NCBI GenBank assembly: GCA_964057225.1
Contig: OZ059896.1
Span: 3,038,001-3,102,000, forward strand
Direction of reading: 5' to 3'
Origin: Auanema rhodensis
Lineage: Eukaryota > Animalia > Nematoda
DNA length: 64,000 nt
Shown: positions 1-13,546 of the stretch, one piece after another
How the letters are laid out: the number at the start of each line of letters is the position of its first letter
Position numbering within the stretch: position 1 is the first letter of the stretch
The notes under the pieces: generated by a model
The model's input: the letters and a program-made list of their open reading frames with translations, nothing else
Databases searched by the model: none
What the model was told of the DNA's origin: nothing
Program-made: the position numbers and the translations under genes

Positions 1-51
1 ATCTGTGTTATCAGATTTGCGCTAGCTTAAAAATGCACCGAGATATCAACT

Positions 52-73
52 GATATAAGTTCACACTTATATC
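52..73. repeat. Perfect 9-bp inverted repeat within the monomer (example copy)
   Basis: GATATAAGT-tcac-ACTTATATC, flanked by CGAG (39-42) and CTCG (74-77). Confidence 0.9.
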
Positions 74-1738
74 CTCGATTTTCACCCTGAAGAATTAATT
101 TTTTCGTTGAATAACATTGTCCATCGTTTTTGCCTTGAAAAAAGGAATCTAAAAACATCTACTTTTTGCTAAATTATTCTCAAATTTTTCGAAAAAATTT
201 TTGTCAAAATGTTTTTGGAAGCAATTTTGAGTGTACATGGAAACTCAACATACACTAATGCATCATTTTTCAAACGATCATAACTAATTTTTGTATTTAG
301 CTTTTCTCAATGTAGTATAGTGCATTCGATGCGGATTTTTTAGCTGTGTCGATCTGTGTTATCAGATTTGCGCTAGCTTAAAAATGCACCGAGATATCAA
401 CTGATATAAGTTTACACTTATATCCTCGATTTTCACCCTGAAGAATTAATTTTTTCGTTGAATAACATTGTCCATCGTTTTTGCCTTGAAAAAAGGAATC
501 TAAAAACATCTACTTTTTGCTAAATTATTTTGAAATTTTTCGAAAAAATTTTTGTCAAAATGTTTTTGGAAGCAATTTTGAGTGTACATGGAAACTCAAC
601 ATACACTAATGCATCATTTTTCAAACGATCATAACTAATTTTTGTATTTAGCTTTTCTCAATGTTATATAGTGCATTCGATGCGGATTTTTAAGCTGCGT
701 CGATCTGTGTTATGAGATTTGCGCTAGCTTAAAAATGCACCGAGATATCAACTGATATAAGTTCACACTTATATCCTCGATTTTCACCCTGAAGAATTAA
801 TTTTTTCGTTGAATAACATTGTCCATCGTTTTTGCCTTGAAAAAAGGAATCTAAAAACATCTACTTTTTGCTAAATTATTTTGAAATTTTTCGAAAAAAT
901 TTTTGTCAAAATGTTTTTGGAAGCAATTTTGAGTGTACATGGAAACTCAACATACACTAATGCATCATTTTTCAAACGATCATAACTAATTTTTGTATTC
1001 AGCTTTTTTCAATGTAGTATAGTGCATTCGATGCGGATTTTTATGCTGCGTCGATCTGTGTTATCAGATTTGCGCTAGCTTAAAAATGCACCGAGATATC
1101 AACTGATATAAGTTTACACTTATATCCTCGATTTTCACCCTGAAGAAATAATTTTTTCGTTGAATAACATTGTCCATCGTTTTTGCCTTGAAAAAAGGAA
1201 TCTAAAAACATCTACTTTTTGCTAAATTATTTTGAAATTTTTCGAAAAAATTTTTGTCAAAATGTTTTTGGAAGCAATTTTGAGTGTACATGGAAACTCA
1301 ACATACACTAATGCATCATTTTTCAAACGATCATAACTAATTTTTGTATTTAGCGTTTCTCAATGTAGTATAGTGCATTCGATGCGGATTTTTAAGTTGC
1401 GTCGATCTGTACTATCAGATTTGCGCTAGCTTGAAAATGCACCGAGATATCAACTGATATAAGTTCACACCTATATCCTCGATTTTCACCCTGAAGAATT
1501 AATTTTTTCGTTAAATAACATTGTCTATCGTTTTTGCCTTGAAAAAAGGAATCTAAAAACATCTACTTTTTGCTAAATTATTTTGAAATTTTTCGAAAAA
1601 ATTTTTGTCAAAATGTTTTTGGAAGCAATTTTGAGTGTACATGGAAACTCAACATACACTAATGCATCATTTTTCAAACGATCATAACTAATTTTTGTAT
1701 TTAGCTTTTCTCAATGTTATATAGTGCATTCGATGCGG

Positions 1739-1789
1739 ATTTTTAAGCTGCGTCGATCTGTGTTATCAGATTTGCGCTAGCTTAAAAAT
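1739..1789. repeat. Imperfect 51-nt inverted repeat at the monomer junctions (example copy)
   Basis: ATTTTTAAGCT-GCG-tcg-ATCTG-[tgttat]-CAGAT-ttg-CGC-t-AGCTTAAAAAT. Confidence 0.9.
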
Positions 1790-4700
1790 GCACCGAGATA
1801 TCAACTGATATAAGTTCACACTTATATCCTCGATTTTCACCCTGAAGAATTAATTTTTTCGTTGAATAACATTGTCCATCGTTTTTGCCTTGAAAAAAGG
1901 AATCTAAAAACATCTACTTTTTGCTAAATTATTCTCAAATTTTTCGAAAAAATTTTTGTCAAAATGTTTTTGGAAGCAATTTTGAGTGTACATGGAAACT
2001 CAACATACACTAATGCATCATTTTTCAAACGATCATAACTAATTTTTGTATTTAGCTTTTCTCAATGTAGTATAGTGCATTCGATGCGGATTTTTTAGCT
2101 GTGTCGATCTGTGTTATCAGATTTGCGCTAGCTTAAAAATGCACCGAGATATCAACTGATATAAGTTCACACTTATATCCTCGATTTTCACCCTGAAGAA
2201 TTAATTTTTTCGTTGAATAACATTGTCCATCGTTTTTGCCTTGAAAAAAGGAATCTAAAAACATCTACTTTTTGCTAAATTATCTTGAAATTTTTCGAAA
2301 AAATTTTTGTCAAAATGTTTTTGGAAGCAATTTTGAGTGTACATGGAAACTCAACATACACTAATGCATCATTTTTCAAACGATCATAACTAATTTTTGT
2401 ATTCAGCTTTTTTCAATGTAGTATAGTGCATTCGATGCGGATTTTTATGCTGCGTCGATCTGTGTTATCAGATTTGCGCTAGCTTAAAAATGCACCGAGA
2501 TATCAACTGATATAAGTTTACACTTATATCCTCGATTTTCACCCTGAAGAAATAATTTTTTCGTTGAATAACATTGTCCATCGTTTTTGCCTTGAAAAAA
2601 GGAATCTAAAAACATCTACTTTTTGCTAAATTATTTTGAAATTTTTCGAAAAAATTTTTGTCAAAATGTTTTTGGAAGCAATTTTGAGTGTACATGGAAA
2701 CTCAACATACACTAATGCATCATTTTTCAAACGATCATAACTAATTTTTGTATTTAGCGTTTCTCAATGTAGTATAGTGCATTCGATGCGGATTTTTAAG
2801 CTGCGTCGATCTGTACTATCAGATTTGCGCTAGCTTGAAAATGCACCGAGATATCAACTGATATAAGTTCACACCTATATCCTCGATTTTCACCCTGAAG
2901 AATTAATTTTTTCGTTAAATAACATTGTCTATCGTTTTTGCCTTGAAAAAAGGAATCTAAAAACATCTACTTTTTGCTAAATTATTTTGAAATTTTTCGA
3001 AAAAATTTTTGTCAAAATGTTTTTGGAAGCAATTTTGAGTGTACATGGAAACTCAACATACACTAATGCATCATTTTTCAAACGATCATAACTAATTTTT
3101 GTATTTAGCGTTTCTCAATGTAGTATAGTGCATTCGATGCGGATTTTTAAGTTGCGTCGATCTGTACTATCAGATTTGCGCTAGCTTGAAAATGCACCGA
3201 GATATCAACTGATATAAGTTCACACCTATATCCTCGATTTTCACCCTGAAGAATTAATTTTTTCGTTAACTAACATTGTCTATCGTTTTTGCCTTGAAAA
3301 AAGGAATCTAAAAACATCTACTTTTTGCTAAATTATTTTGAAATTTTTCGAAAAAATTTTTGTCAAAATGTTTTTGGAAGCAATTTTGAGTGTACATGGA
3401 AACTCAACATACACTAATGCATCATTTTTCAAACGATCATAACTAATTTTTGTATTTAGCTTTTCTCAATGTTATATAGTGCATTCGATGCGGATTTTTA
3501 AGCTGCGTCGATCTGTGTTATCAGATTTGCGCTAGCTTAAAAATGCACCGAGATATCATTTGATATAAGTTCACACTTATATCCTCGATTTTCACCCTGA
3601 AGAATTAATTTTTTTGTTGAATAACATTGTCCATCGTTTTTGCCTTGAAAAAAGGAATCTAAAAACATCTACTTTTTGCTAAATTATTCTCAAATTTTTC
3701 GAAAAAATTTTTGTCAAAATGTTTTTGGAAGCAATTTTGAGTGTACATGGAAACTCAACATACACTAATGCATCATTTTTCAAACGATCATAACTAATTT
3801 TTGTATTTAGCTTTTCTCAATGTAGTATAGTGCATTCGATGCGGATTTTTAAGCTGCGTCGATCTGTGTTATCAGATTTGCGCTAGCTTAAAAATGCACC
3901 GAGATATCAACTGATATAAGTTCACACTTATATCCTCGATTTTCACCCTGAAGAATTAATTTTTTCGTTGAATAACATTGTCCATCGTTTTTGCCTTGAA
4001 AAAAGGAATCTAAAAACATCTACTTTTTGCTAAATTATTTTGAAATTTTTCGAAAAAATTTTTGTCAAAATGTTTTTGGAAGCAATTTTGAGTGTACATG
4101 GAAACTCAACATACACTAATGCATCATTTTTCAAACGATCATAACTAATTTTTGTATTCAGCTTTTTTCAATGTAGTATAGTGCATTCGATGCGGATTTT
4201 TAAGCTGCGTCGATCTGTGTTATCAGATTTGCGCTAGCTTAAAAATGCACCGAGATATCAACTGATATAAGTTCACACTTATATCCTCGATTTTCACCCT
4301 GAAGAATTAATTTTTTCGTTGAATAACATTGTCCATCGTTTTTGCCTTGAAAAAAGGAATCTAAAAACATCTACTTTTTGCTAAATTATTTTGAAATTTT
4401 TCGAAAAAATTTTTGTCAAAATGTTTTTGGAAGCAATTTTGAGTGTACATGGAAACTCAACATACACTAATGCATCATTTTTCAAACGATCATAACTAAT
4501 TTTTGTATTCAGCTTTTTTCAATGTAGTATAGTGCATTCGATGCGGATTTTTATGCTGCGTCGATCTGTGTTATCAGATTTGCGCTAGCTTAAAAATGCA
4601 CCGAGATATCAACTGATATAAGTTTACACTTATATCCTCGATTTTCACCCTGAAGAAATAATTTTTTCGTTGAATAACATTGTCCATCGTTTTTGCCTTG

Positions 4701-7700
4701 AAAAAAGGAATCTAAAAACATCTACTTTTTGCTAAATTATTTTGAAATTTTTCGAAAAAATTTTTGTCAAAATGTTTTTGGAAGCAATTTTGAGTGTACA
4801 TGGAAACTCAACATACACTAATGCATCATTTTTCAAACGATCATAACTAATTTTTGTATTTAGCGTTTCTCAATGTAGTATAGTGCATTCGATGCGGATT
4901 TTTAAGCTGCGTCGATCTGTACTATCAGATTTGCGCTAGCTTGAAAATGCACCGAGATATCAACTGATATAAGTTCACACCTATATCCTCGATTTTCACC
5001 CTGAAGAATTAATTTTTTCGTTAAATAACATTGTCTATCGTTTTTGCCTTGAAAAAAGGAATCTAAAAACATCTACTTTTTGCTAAATTATTTTGAAATT
5101 TTTCGAAAAAATTTTTGTCAAAATGTTTTTGGAAGCAATTTTGAGTGTACATGGAAACTCAACATACACTAATGCATCATTTTTCAAACGATCATAACTA
5201 ATTTTTGTATTTAGCTTTTCTCAATGTTATATAGTGCATTCGATGCGGATTTTTAAGCTGCGTCGATCTGTACTATCAGATTTGCGCTAGCTTGAAAATG
5301 CACCGAGATATCAACTGATATAAGTTCACACCTATATCCTCGATTTTCACCCTGAAGAATTAATTTTTTCGTTAAATAACATTGTCTATCGTTTTTGCCT
5401 TGAAAAAAGGAATCTAAAAACATCTACTTTTTGCTAAATTATTTTGAAATTTTTCGAAAAAATTTTTGTCAAAATGTTTTTGGAAGCAATTTTGAGTGTA
5501 CATGGAAACTCAACATACACTAATGCATCATTTTTCAAACGATCATAACTAATTTTTGTATTTAGCTTTTCTCAATGTAGTATAGTGCATTCGATGCGGA
5601 TTTTTAAGCTGCGTCGATCTGTGTTATCAGATTTGCGCTAGCTTAAAAATGCACCGAGATATCAACTGATATAAGTTCACACTTATATCCTCGATTTTCA
5701 CCCTGAAGAAATAATTTTTTCGTTGAATAACATTGTCCATCGTTTTTGCCTTGAAAAAAGAAATCTAAAAACATCTACTTTTTGCTAAATTATTTTGAAA
5801 TTTTTCGAAAAAATTTTTGTCAAAATGTTTTTGGAAGCAATTTTGAGTGTACATGGAAACTCAACATACACTAATGCATCATTTTTCAAACGATCATAAC
5901 TAATTTTTGTATTCAGCTTTTCTCAATGTAGTATGGTGCATTCGATGCGGATTTTTATGCTGCGTCGATCTGTGTTATCAGATTTGCGCTAGCTTAAAAA
6001 TGCACCGAGATATCAACTGATATAAGTTCACACTTATATCCTCGATTTTCACCCTGAAGAAATAATTTTTTCGTTGAATAACATTGTCCATCGTTTTTGC
6101 CTTGAAAAAAGGAATCTAAAAACATCTACTTTTTGCTAAATTATTTTGAAATTTTTCGAAAAAATTTTTGTCAAAATGTTTTTGGAAGCAATTTTGAGTG
6201 TACATGGAAACTCAACATACACTAATGCATCATTTTTCAAACGATCATAACTAATTTTTGTATTTAGCGTTTCTTAATGTAGTATAGTGCATTCGATGCG
6301 GATTTTTAAGCTGCGTCGATCTGTACTATCAGATTTGCGCTAGCTTGAAAATGCACCGAGATATCAACTGATATAAGTTCACACCTATATCCTCGATTTT
6401 CACCCTGAAGAATTAATTTTTTCGTTAAATAACATTGTCTATCGTTTTTGCCTTGAAAAAAGGAATCTAAAAACATCTACTTTTTGCTAAATTATTTTGA
6501 AATTTTTCGAAAAAATTTTTGTCAAAATGTTTTTGGAAGCAATTTTGAGTGTACATGGAAACTCAACATACACTAATGCATCATTTTTCAAACGATCATA
6601 ACTAATTTTTGTATTTAGCGTTTCTCAATGTAGTATAGTGCATTCGATGCGGATTTTTAAGTTGCGTCGATCTGTACTATCAGATTTGCGCTAGCTTGAA
6701 AATGCACCGAGATATCAACTGATATAAGTTCACACCTATATCCTCGATTTTCACCCTGAAGAATTAATTTTTTCGTTAAATAACATTGTCTATCGTTTTT
6801 GCCTTGAAAAAAGGAATCTAAAAACATCTACTTTTTGCTAAATTATTTTGAAATTTTTCGAAAAAATTTTTGTCAAAATGTTTTTGGAAGCAATTTTGAG
6901 TGTACATGGAAACTCAACATACACTAATGCATCATTTTTCAAACGATCATAGCTAATTTTTGTATTTAGCTTTTCTCAATGTTATATAGTGCATTCGATG
7001 CGGATTTTTAAGCTGCGTCGATCTGTGTTATCAGATTTGCGCTAGCTTAACAATGCACCGAGATATCAACTGATATAAGTTCACACTTATATCCTCGATT
7101 TTCACCCTGAAGAATTAATTTTTTCGTTGAATAACATTGTCCATCGTTTTTGCCTTGAAAAAAGGAATCTAAAAACATCTACTTTTTGCTAAATTATTCT
7201 CAAATTTTTCGAAAAAATTTTTGTCAAAATGTTTTTGGAAGCAATTTTGAGTGTACATGGAAACTCAACATACACTAATGCATCATTTTTCAAACGATCA
7301 TAACTAATTTTTGTATTTAGCTTTTCTCAATGTAGTATAGTGCATTCGATGCGGATTTTTAAGCTGCGTCGATCTGTGTTATCAGATTTGCGCTAGCTTA
7401 AAAATGCACCGAGATATCAACTGATATAAGTTCACACTTATATCCTCGATTTTCACCCTGAAGAATTAATTTTTTCGTTGAATAACATTGTCCATCGTTT
7501 TTGCCTTGAAAAAAGTAATCTAAAAACATCTACTTTTTCCTAAATTATTTTGAAATTTTTCGAAAAAATTTTTGTCAAAATGTTTTTGGAAGCAATTTTG
7601 AGTGTACATGGAAACTCAACATACACTAATGCATCATTTTTCAAACGATCATAACTAATTTTTGTATTCAGCTTTTTTCAATGTAGTATAGTGCATTCGA

Positions 7701-10700
7701 TGCGGATTTTTATGCTGCGTCGATCTGTGTTATCAGATTTGCGCTAGCTTAAAAATGCACCGAGATATCAACTGATATAAGTTTACACTTATATCCTCGA
7801 TTTTCACCCTGAAGAAATAATTTTTTCGTTGAATAACATTGTCCATCGTTTTTGCCTTGAAAAAAGGAATCTAAAAACATCTACTTTTTGCTAAATTATT
7901 TTGAAATTTTTCGAAAAAATTTTTGTCAAAATGTTTTTGGAAGCAATTTTGAGTGTACATGGAAACTCAACATACACTAATGCATCATTTTTCAAACGAT
8001 CATAACTAATTTTTGTATTTAGCGTTTCTCAATGTAGTATAGTGCATTCGATGCGGATTTTTAAGCTGCGTCGATCTGTACTATCAGATTTGCGCTAGCT
8101 TGAAAATGCACCGAGATATCAACTGATATAAGTTCACACTTATATCCTCGATTTTCACCCTGAAGAATTAATTTTTTCGTTGATTAACATTGTCCATCGT
8201 TTTTGCCTTGAAAAAAGGAATCTAAAAACATCTACTTTTTGCTAAATTATTTTGAAATTTTTCGAAAAAATTTTTGTCAAAATGTTTTTGGAAGCAATTT
8301 TGAGTGTACATGGAAACTCAACATACACTAATGCATCATTTTTCAAACGATCATAACTAATTTTTGTATTTAGCTTTTCTCAATGTTATATAGTGCATTC
8401 GATGCGGATTTTTAAGCTGCGTCGATCTGTGTTATCAGATTTGCGCTAGCTTAAAAATGCACCGAGATATCAACTGATATAAGTTCACACTTATATCCTC
8501 GATTTTCACCCTGAAGAATTAATTTTTTCGTTGATTAACATTGTCCATCGTTTTTGCCTTGAAAAAAGGAATCTAAAAACATCTACTTTTTGCTAAATTA
8601 TTCTCAAATTTTTCGAAAAAAGTTTTGTCAAAATGTTTTTGGAAGCAATTTTGAGTGTACATGGAAACTCAACATACACTAATGCATCATTTTTCAAACG
8701 ATCATAACTAATTTTTGTATTTAGCTTTTCTCAATGTAGTATAGTGCATTCGATGCGGATTTTTAAGCTGCGTCGATCTGTGTTATCAGATTTGCGCTAG
8801 CTTAAAAATGCACCGAGATATCAACTGATATAAGTTCACACTTATATCCTCGATTTTCACCCTGAAGAATTAATTTTTTCGTTGAATAACATTGTCCATC
8901 GTTTTTGCCTTGAAAAAAGGAATCTAAAAACATCTACTTTTTGCTAAATTATTTTGAAATTTTTCGAAAAAATTTTTGTCAAAATGTTTTTGGAAGCAAT
9001 TTTGAGTGTACATGGAAACTCAACATACACTAATGCATCATTTTTCAAACGATCATAACTAATTTTTGTATTCAGCTTTTTTCAATGTAGTATAGTGCAT
9101 TCGATGCGGATTTTTATGCTGCGTCGATCTGTGTTATCAGATTTGCGCTAGCTTAAAAATGCACCGAGATATCAACTGATATAAGTTTACACTTATATCC
9201 TCGATTTTCACCCTGAAGAAATAATTTTCTCGTTGAATAACATTGTCCATCGTTTTTGCCTTGAAAAAAGGAATCTAAAAACATCTACTTTTTGCTAAAT
9301 TATTTTGAAATTTTTCGAAAAAATTTTTGTCAAAATGTTTTTGGAAGCAATTTTGAGTGTACATGGAAACTCAACATACACTAATGCATCATTTTTCAAA
9401 CGATCATAACTAATTTTTGTATTCAGCTTTTCTCAATGTAGTATGGTGCATTCGATGCGGATTTTTATGCTGCGTCGATCTGTGTTATCAGATTTGCGCT
9501 AGCTTAAAAATGCACCGAGATATCAACTGATATAAGTTCACACTTATATCCTCGATTTTCACCCTGAAGAAATAATTTTTTCGTTGAATAACATTGTCCA
9601 TCGTTTTTGCCTTGAAAAAAGGAATCTAAAAACATCTACTTTTTGCTAAATTATTTTGAAATTTTTCGAAAAAATTTTTGTCAAAATGTTTTTGGAAGCA
9701 ATTTTGAGTGTACATGGAAACTCAACATACACTAATGCATCATTTTTCAAACGATCATAACTAATTTTTGTATTTAGCGTTTCTCAATGTAGTATGGTGC
9801 ATTCGATGCGGATTTTTAAGCTGCGTCGATCTGTACTATCAGATTTGCGCTAGCTTGAAAATGCACCGAGATATCAACTGATATAAGTTCACACCTATAT
9901 CCTCGATTTTCACCCTGAAGAATTAATTTTTTCGTTAAATAACATTGTCTATCGTTTTTGCCTTGAAAAAAGGAATCTAAAAACATCTACTTTTTGCTAA
10001 ATTATTTTGAAATTTTTCGAAAAAATTTTTGTCAAAATGTTTTTGGAAGCAATTTTGAGTGTACATGGAAACTCAACATACACTAATGCATCATTTTTCA
10101 AACGATCATAACTAATTTTTGTATTTAGCGTTTCTCAATGTAGTATAGTGCATTCGATGCGGATTTTTAAGTTGCGTCGATCTGTACTATCAGATTTGCG
10201 CTAGCTTGAAAATGCACCGAGATATCAACTGATATAAGTTCACACCTATATCCTCGATTTTCACCCTGAAGAATTAATTTTTTCGTTAAATAACATTGTC
10301 TATCGTTTTTGCCTTGAAAAAAGGAATCTAAAAACATCTACTTTTTGCTAAATTATTTTGAAATTTTTCGAAAAAATTTTTGTCAAAATGTTTTTGGAAG
10401 CAATTTTGAGTGTACATGGAAACTCAACATACACTAATGCATCATTTTTCAAACGATCATAACTAATTTTTGTATTTAGCTTTTCTCAATGTTATATAGT
10501 GCATTCGATGCGGATTTTTAAGCTGCGTCGATCTGTGTTATCAGATTTGCGCTAGCTTAACAATGCACCGAGATATCAACTGATATAAGTTCACACTTAT
10601 ATCCTCGATTTTCACCCTGAAGAATTAATTTTTTCGTTGAATAACATTGTCCATCGTTTTTGCCTTGAAAAAAGGAATCTAAAAACATCTACTTTTTGCT

Positions 10701-13546
10701 AAATTATTTTGAAATTTTTCGAAAAAATTTTTGTCAAAATGTTTTTGGAAGCAATTTTGAGTGTACATGGAAACTCAACATACACTAATGCATCATTTTT
10801 CAAACGATCATAACTAATTTTTGTATTTAGCGTTTCTCAATGTAGTATAGTGCATTCGATGCGGATTTTTAAGCTGCGTCGATCTGTACTATCAGATTTG
10901 CGCTAGCTTGAAAATGCACCGAGATATCAACTGATATAAGTTCACACCTATATCCTCGATTTTCACCCTGAAGAATTAATTTTTTCGTTAAATAACATTG
11001 TCTATCGTTTTTGCCTTGAAAAAAGGAATCTAAAAACATCTACTTTTTGCTAAATTATTTTGAAATTTTTCGAAAAAATTTTTGTCAAAATGTTTTTGGA
11101 AGCAATTTTGAGTGTACATGGAAACTCAACATACACTAATGCATCATTTTTCAAACGATCATAACTAATTTTTGTATTTAGCGTTTCTCAATGTAGTATA
11201 GTGCATTCGATGCGGATTTTTAAGTTGCGTCGATCTGTACTATCAGATTTGCGCTAGCTTGAAAATGCACCGAGATATCAACTGATATAAGTTCACACCT
11301 ATATCCTCGATTTTCACCCTGAAGAATTAATTTTTTCGTTAAATAACATTGTCTATCGTTTTTGCCTTGAAAAAAGGAATCTAAAAACATCTACTTTTTG
11401 CTAAATTATTTTGAAATTTTTCGAAAAAATTTTTGTCAAAATGTTTTTGGAAGCAATTTTGAGTGTACATGGAAACTCAACATACACTAATGCATCATTT
11501 TTCAAACGATCATAACTAATTTTTGTATTTAGCTTTTCTCAATGTTATATAGTGCATTCGATGCGGATTTTTAAGCTGCGTCGATCTGTGTTATCAGATT
11601 TGCGCTAGCTTAACAATGCACCGAGATATCAACTGATATAAGTTCACACTTATATCCTCGATTTTCACCCTGAAGAATTAATTTTTTCGTTGAATAACAT
11701 TGTCCATCGTTTTTGCCTTGAAAAAAGGAATCTAAAAACATCTACTTTTTGCTAAATTATTCTCAAATTTTTCGAAAAAATTTTTGTCAAAATGTTTTTG
11801 GAAGCAATTTTGAGTGTACATGGAAACTCAACATACACTAATGCATCATTTTTCAAACGATCATAACTAATTTTTGTATTTAGCTTTTCTCAATGTAGTA
11901 TAGTGCATTCGATGCGGATTTTTAAGCTGCGTCGATCTGTGTTATCAGATTTGCGCTAGCTTAAAAATGCACCGAGATATCAACTGATATAAGTTCACAC
12001 TTATATCCTCGATTTTCACCCTGAAGAATTAATTTTTTCGTTGAATAACATTGTCCATCGTTTTTGCCTTGAAAAAAGGAATCTAAAAACATCTACTTTT
12101 TCCTAAATTATTTTGAAATTTTTCGAAAAAATTTTTGTCAAAATGTTTTTGGAAGCAATTTTGAGTGTACATGGAAACTCAACATACACTAATGCATCAT
12201 TTTTCAAACGATCATAACTAATTTTTGTATTCAGCTTTTTTCAATGTAGTATAGTGCATTCGATGCGGATTTTTATGCTGCGTCGATCTGTGTTATCAGA
12301 TTTGCGCTAGCTTAAAAATGCACCGAGATATCAACTGATATAAGTTTACACTTATATCCTCGATTTTCACCCTGAAGAAATAATTTTTTCGTTGAATAAC
12401 ATTGTCCATCGTTTTTGCCTTGAAAAAAGGAATCTAAAAACATCTACTTTTTGCTAAATTATTTTGAAATTTTTCGAAAAAATTTTTGTCAAAATGTTTT
12501 TGGAAGCAATTTTGAGTGTACATGGAAACTCAACATACACTAATGCATCATTTTTCAAACGATCATAACTAATTTTTGTATTTAGCGTTTCTCAATGTAG
12601 TATAGTGCATTCGATGCGGATTTTTAAGCTGCGTCGATCTGTACTATCAGATTTGCGCTAGCTTGAAAATGCACCGAGATATCAACTGATATAAGTTCAC
12701 ACCTATATCCTCGATTTTCACCCTGAAGAATTAATTTTTTCGTTAAATAACATTGTCTATCGTTTTTGCCTTGAAAAAAGGAATCTAAAAACATCTACTT
12801 TTTGCTAAATTATTTTGAAATTTTTCGAAAAAATTTTTGTCAAAATGTTTTTGGAAGCAATTTTGAGTGTACATGGAAACTCAACATACACTAATGCATC
12901 ATTTTTCAAACGATCATAACTAATTTTTGTATTTAGCTTTTCTCAATGTAGTATAGTGCATTCGATGCGGATTTTTAAGCTGCGTCGATCTGTGTTATCA
13001 GATTTGCGCTAGCTTAAAAATGCACCGAGATATCAACTGATATAAGTTCACACTTATATCCTCGATTTTCACCCTGAAGAATTAATTTTTTCGTTGAATA
13101 ACATTGTCCATCGTTTTTGCCTTGAAAAAAGGAATCTAAAAACATCTACTTTTTCCTAAATTATTTTGAAATTTTTCGAAAAAATTTTTGTCAAAATGTT
13201 TTTGGAAGCAATTTTGAGTGTACATGGAAACTCAACATACACTAATGCATCATTTTTCAAACGATCATAACTAATTTTTGTATTCAGCTTTTTTCAATGT
13301 AGTATAGTGCATTCGATGCGGATTTTTATGCTGCGTCGATCTGTGTTATCAGATTTGCGCTAGCTTAAAAATGCACCGAGATATCAACTGATATAAGTTT
13401 ACACTTATATCCTCGATTTTCACCCTGAAGAAATAATTTTTTCGTTGAATAACATTGTCCATCGTTTTTGCCTTGAAAAAAGGAATCTAAAAACATCTAC
13501 TTTTTGCTAAATTATTTTGAAATTTTTCGAAAAAATTTTTGTCAAA

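Noticed and set aside
1-351. Monomer as a tandem RNA gene (5S, tRNA, spliced leader, snRNA) or selected RNA structure
   Set aside because: No recognisable match to these RNAs. Stem variants (positions 67 and 342) create mismatches rather than compensatory pairs.
1-351. Internal dimer (2 x ~175 bp) origin of the monomer
   Set aside because: No similarity between the two halves was visible by eye.
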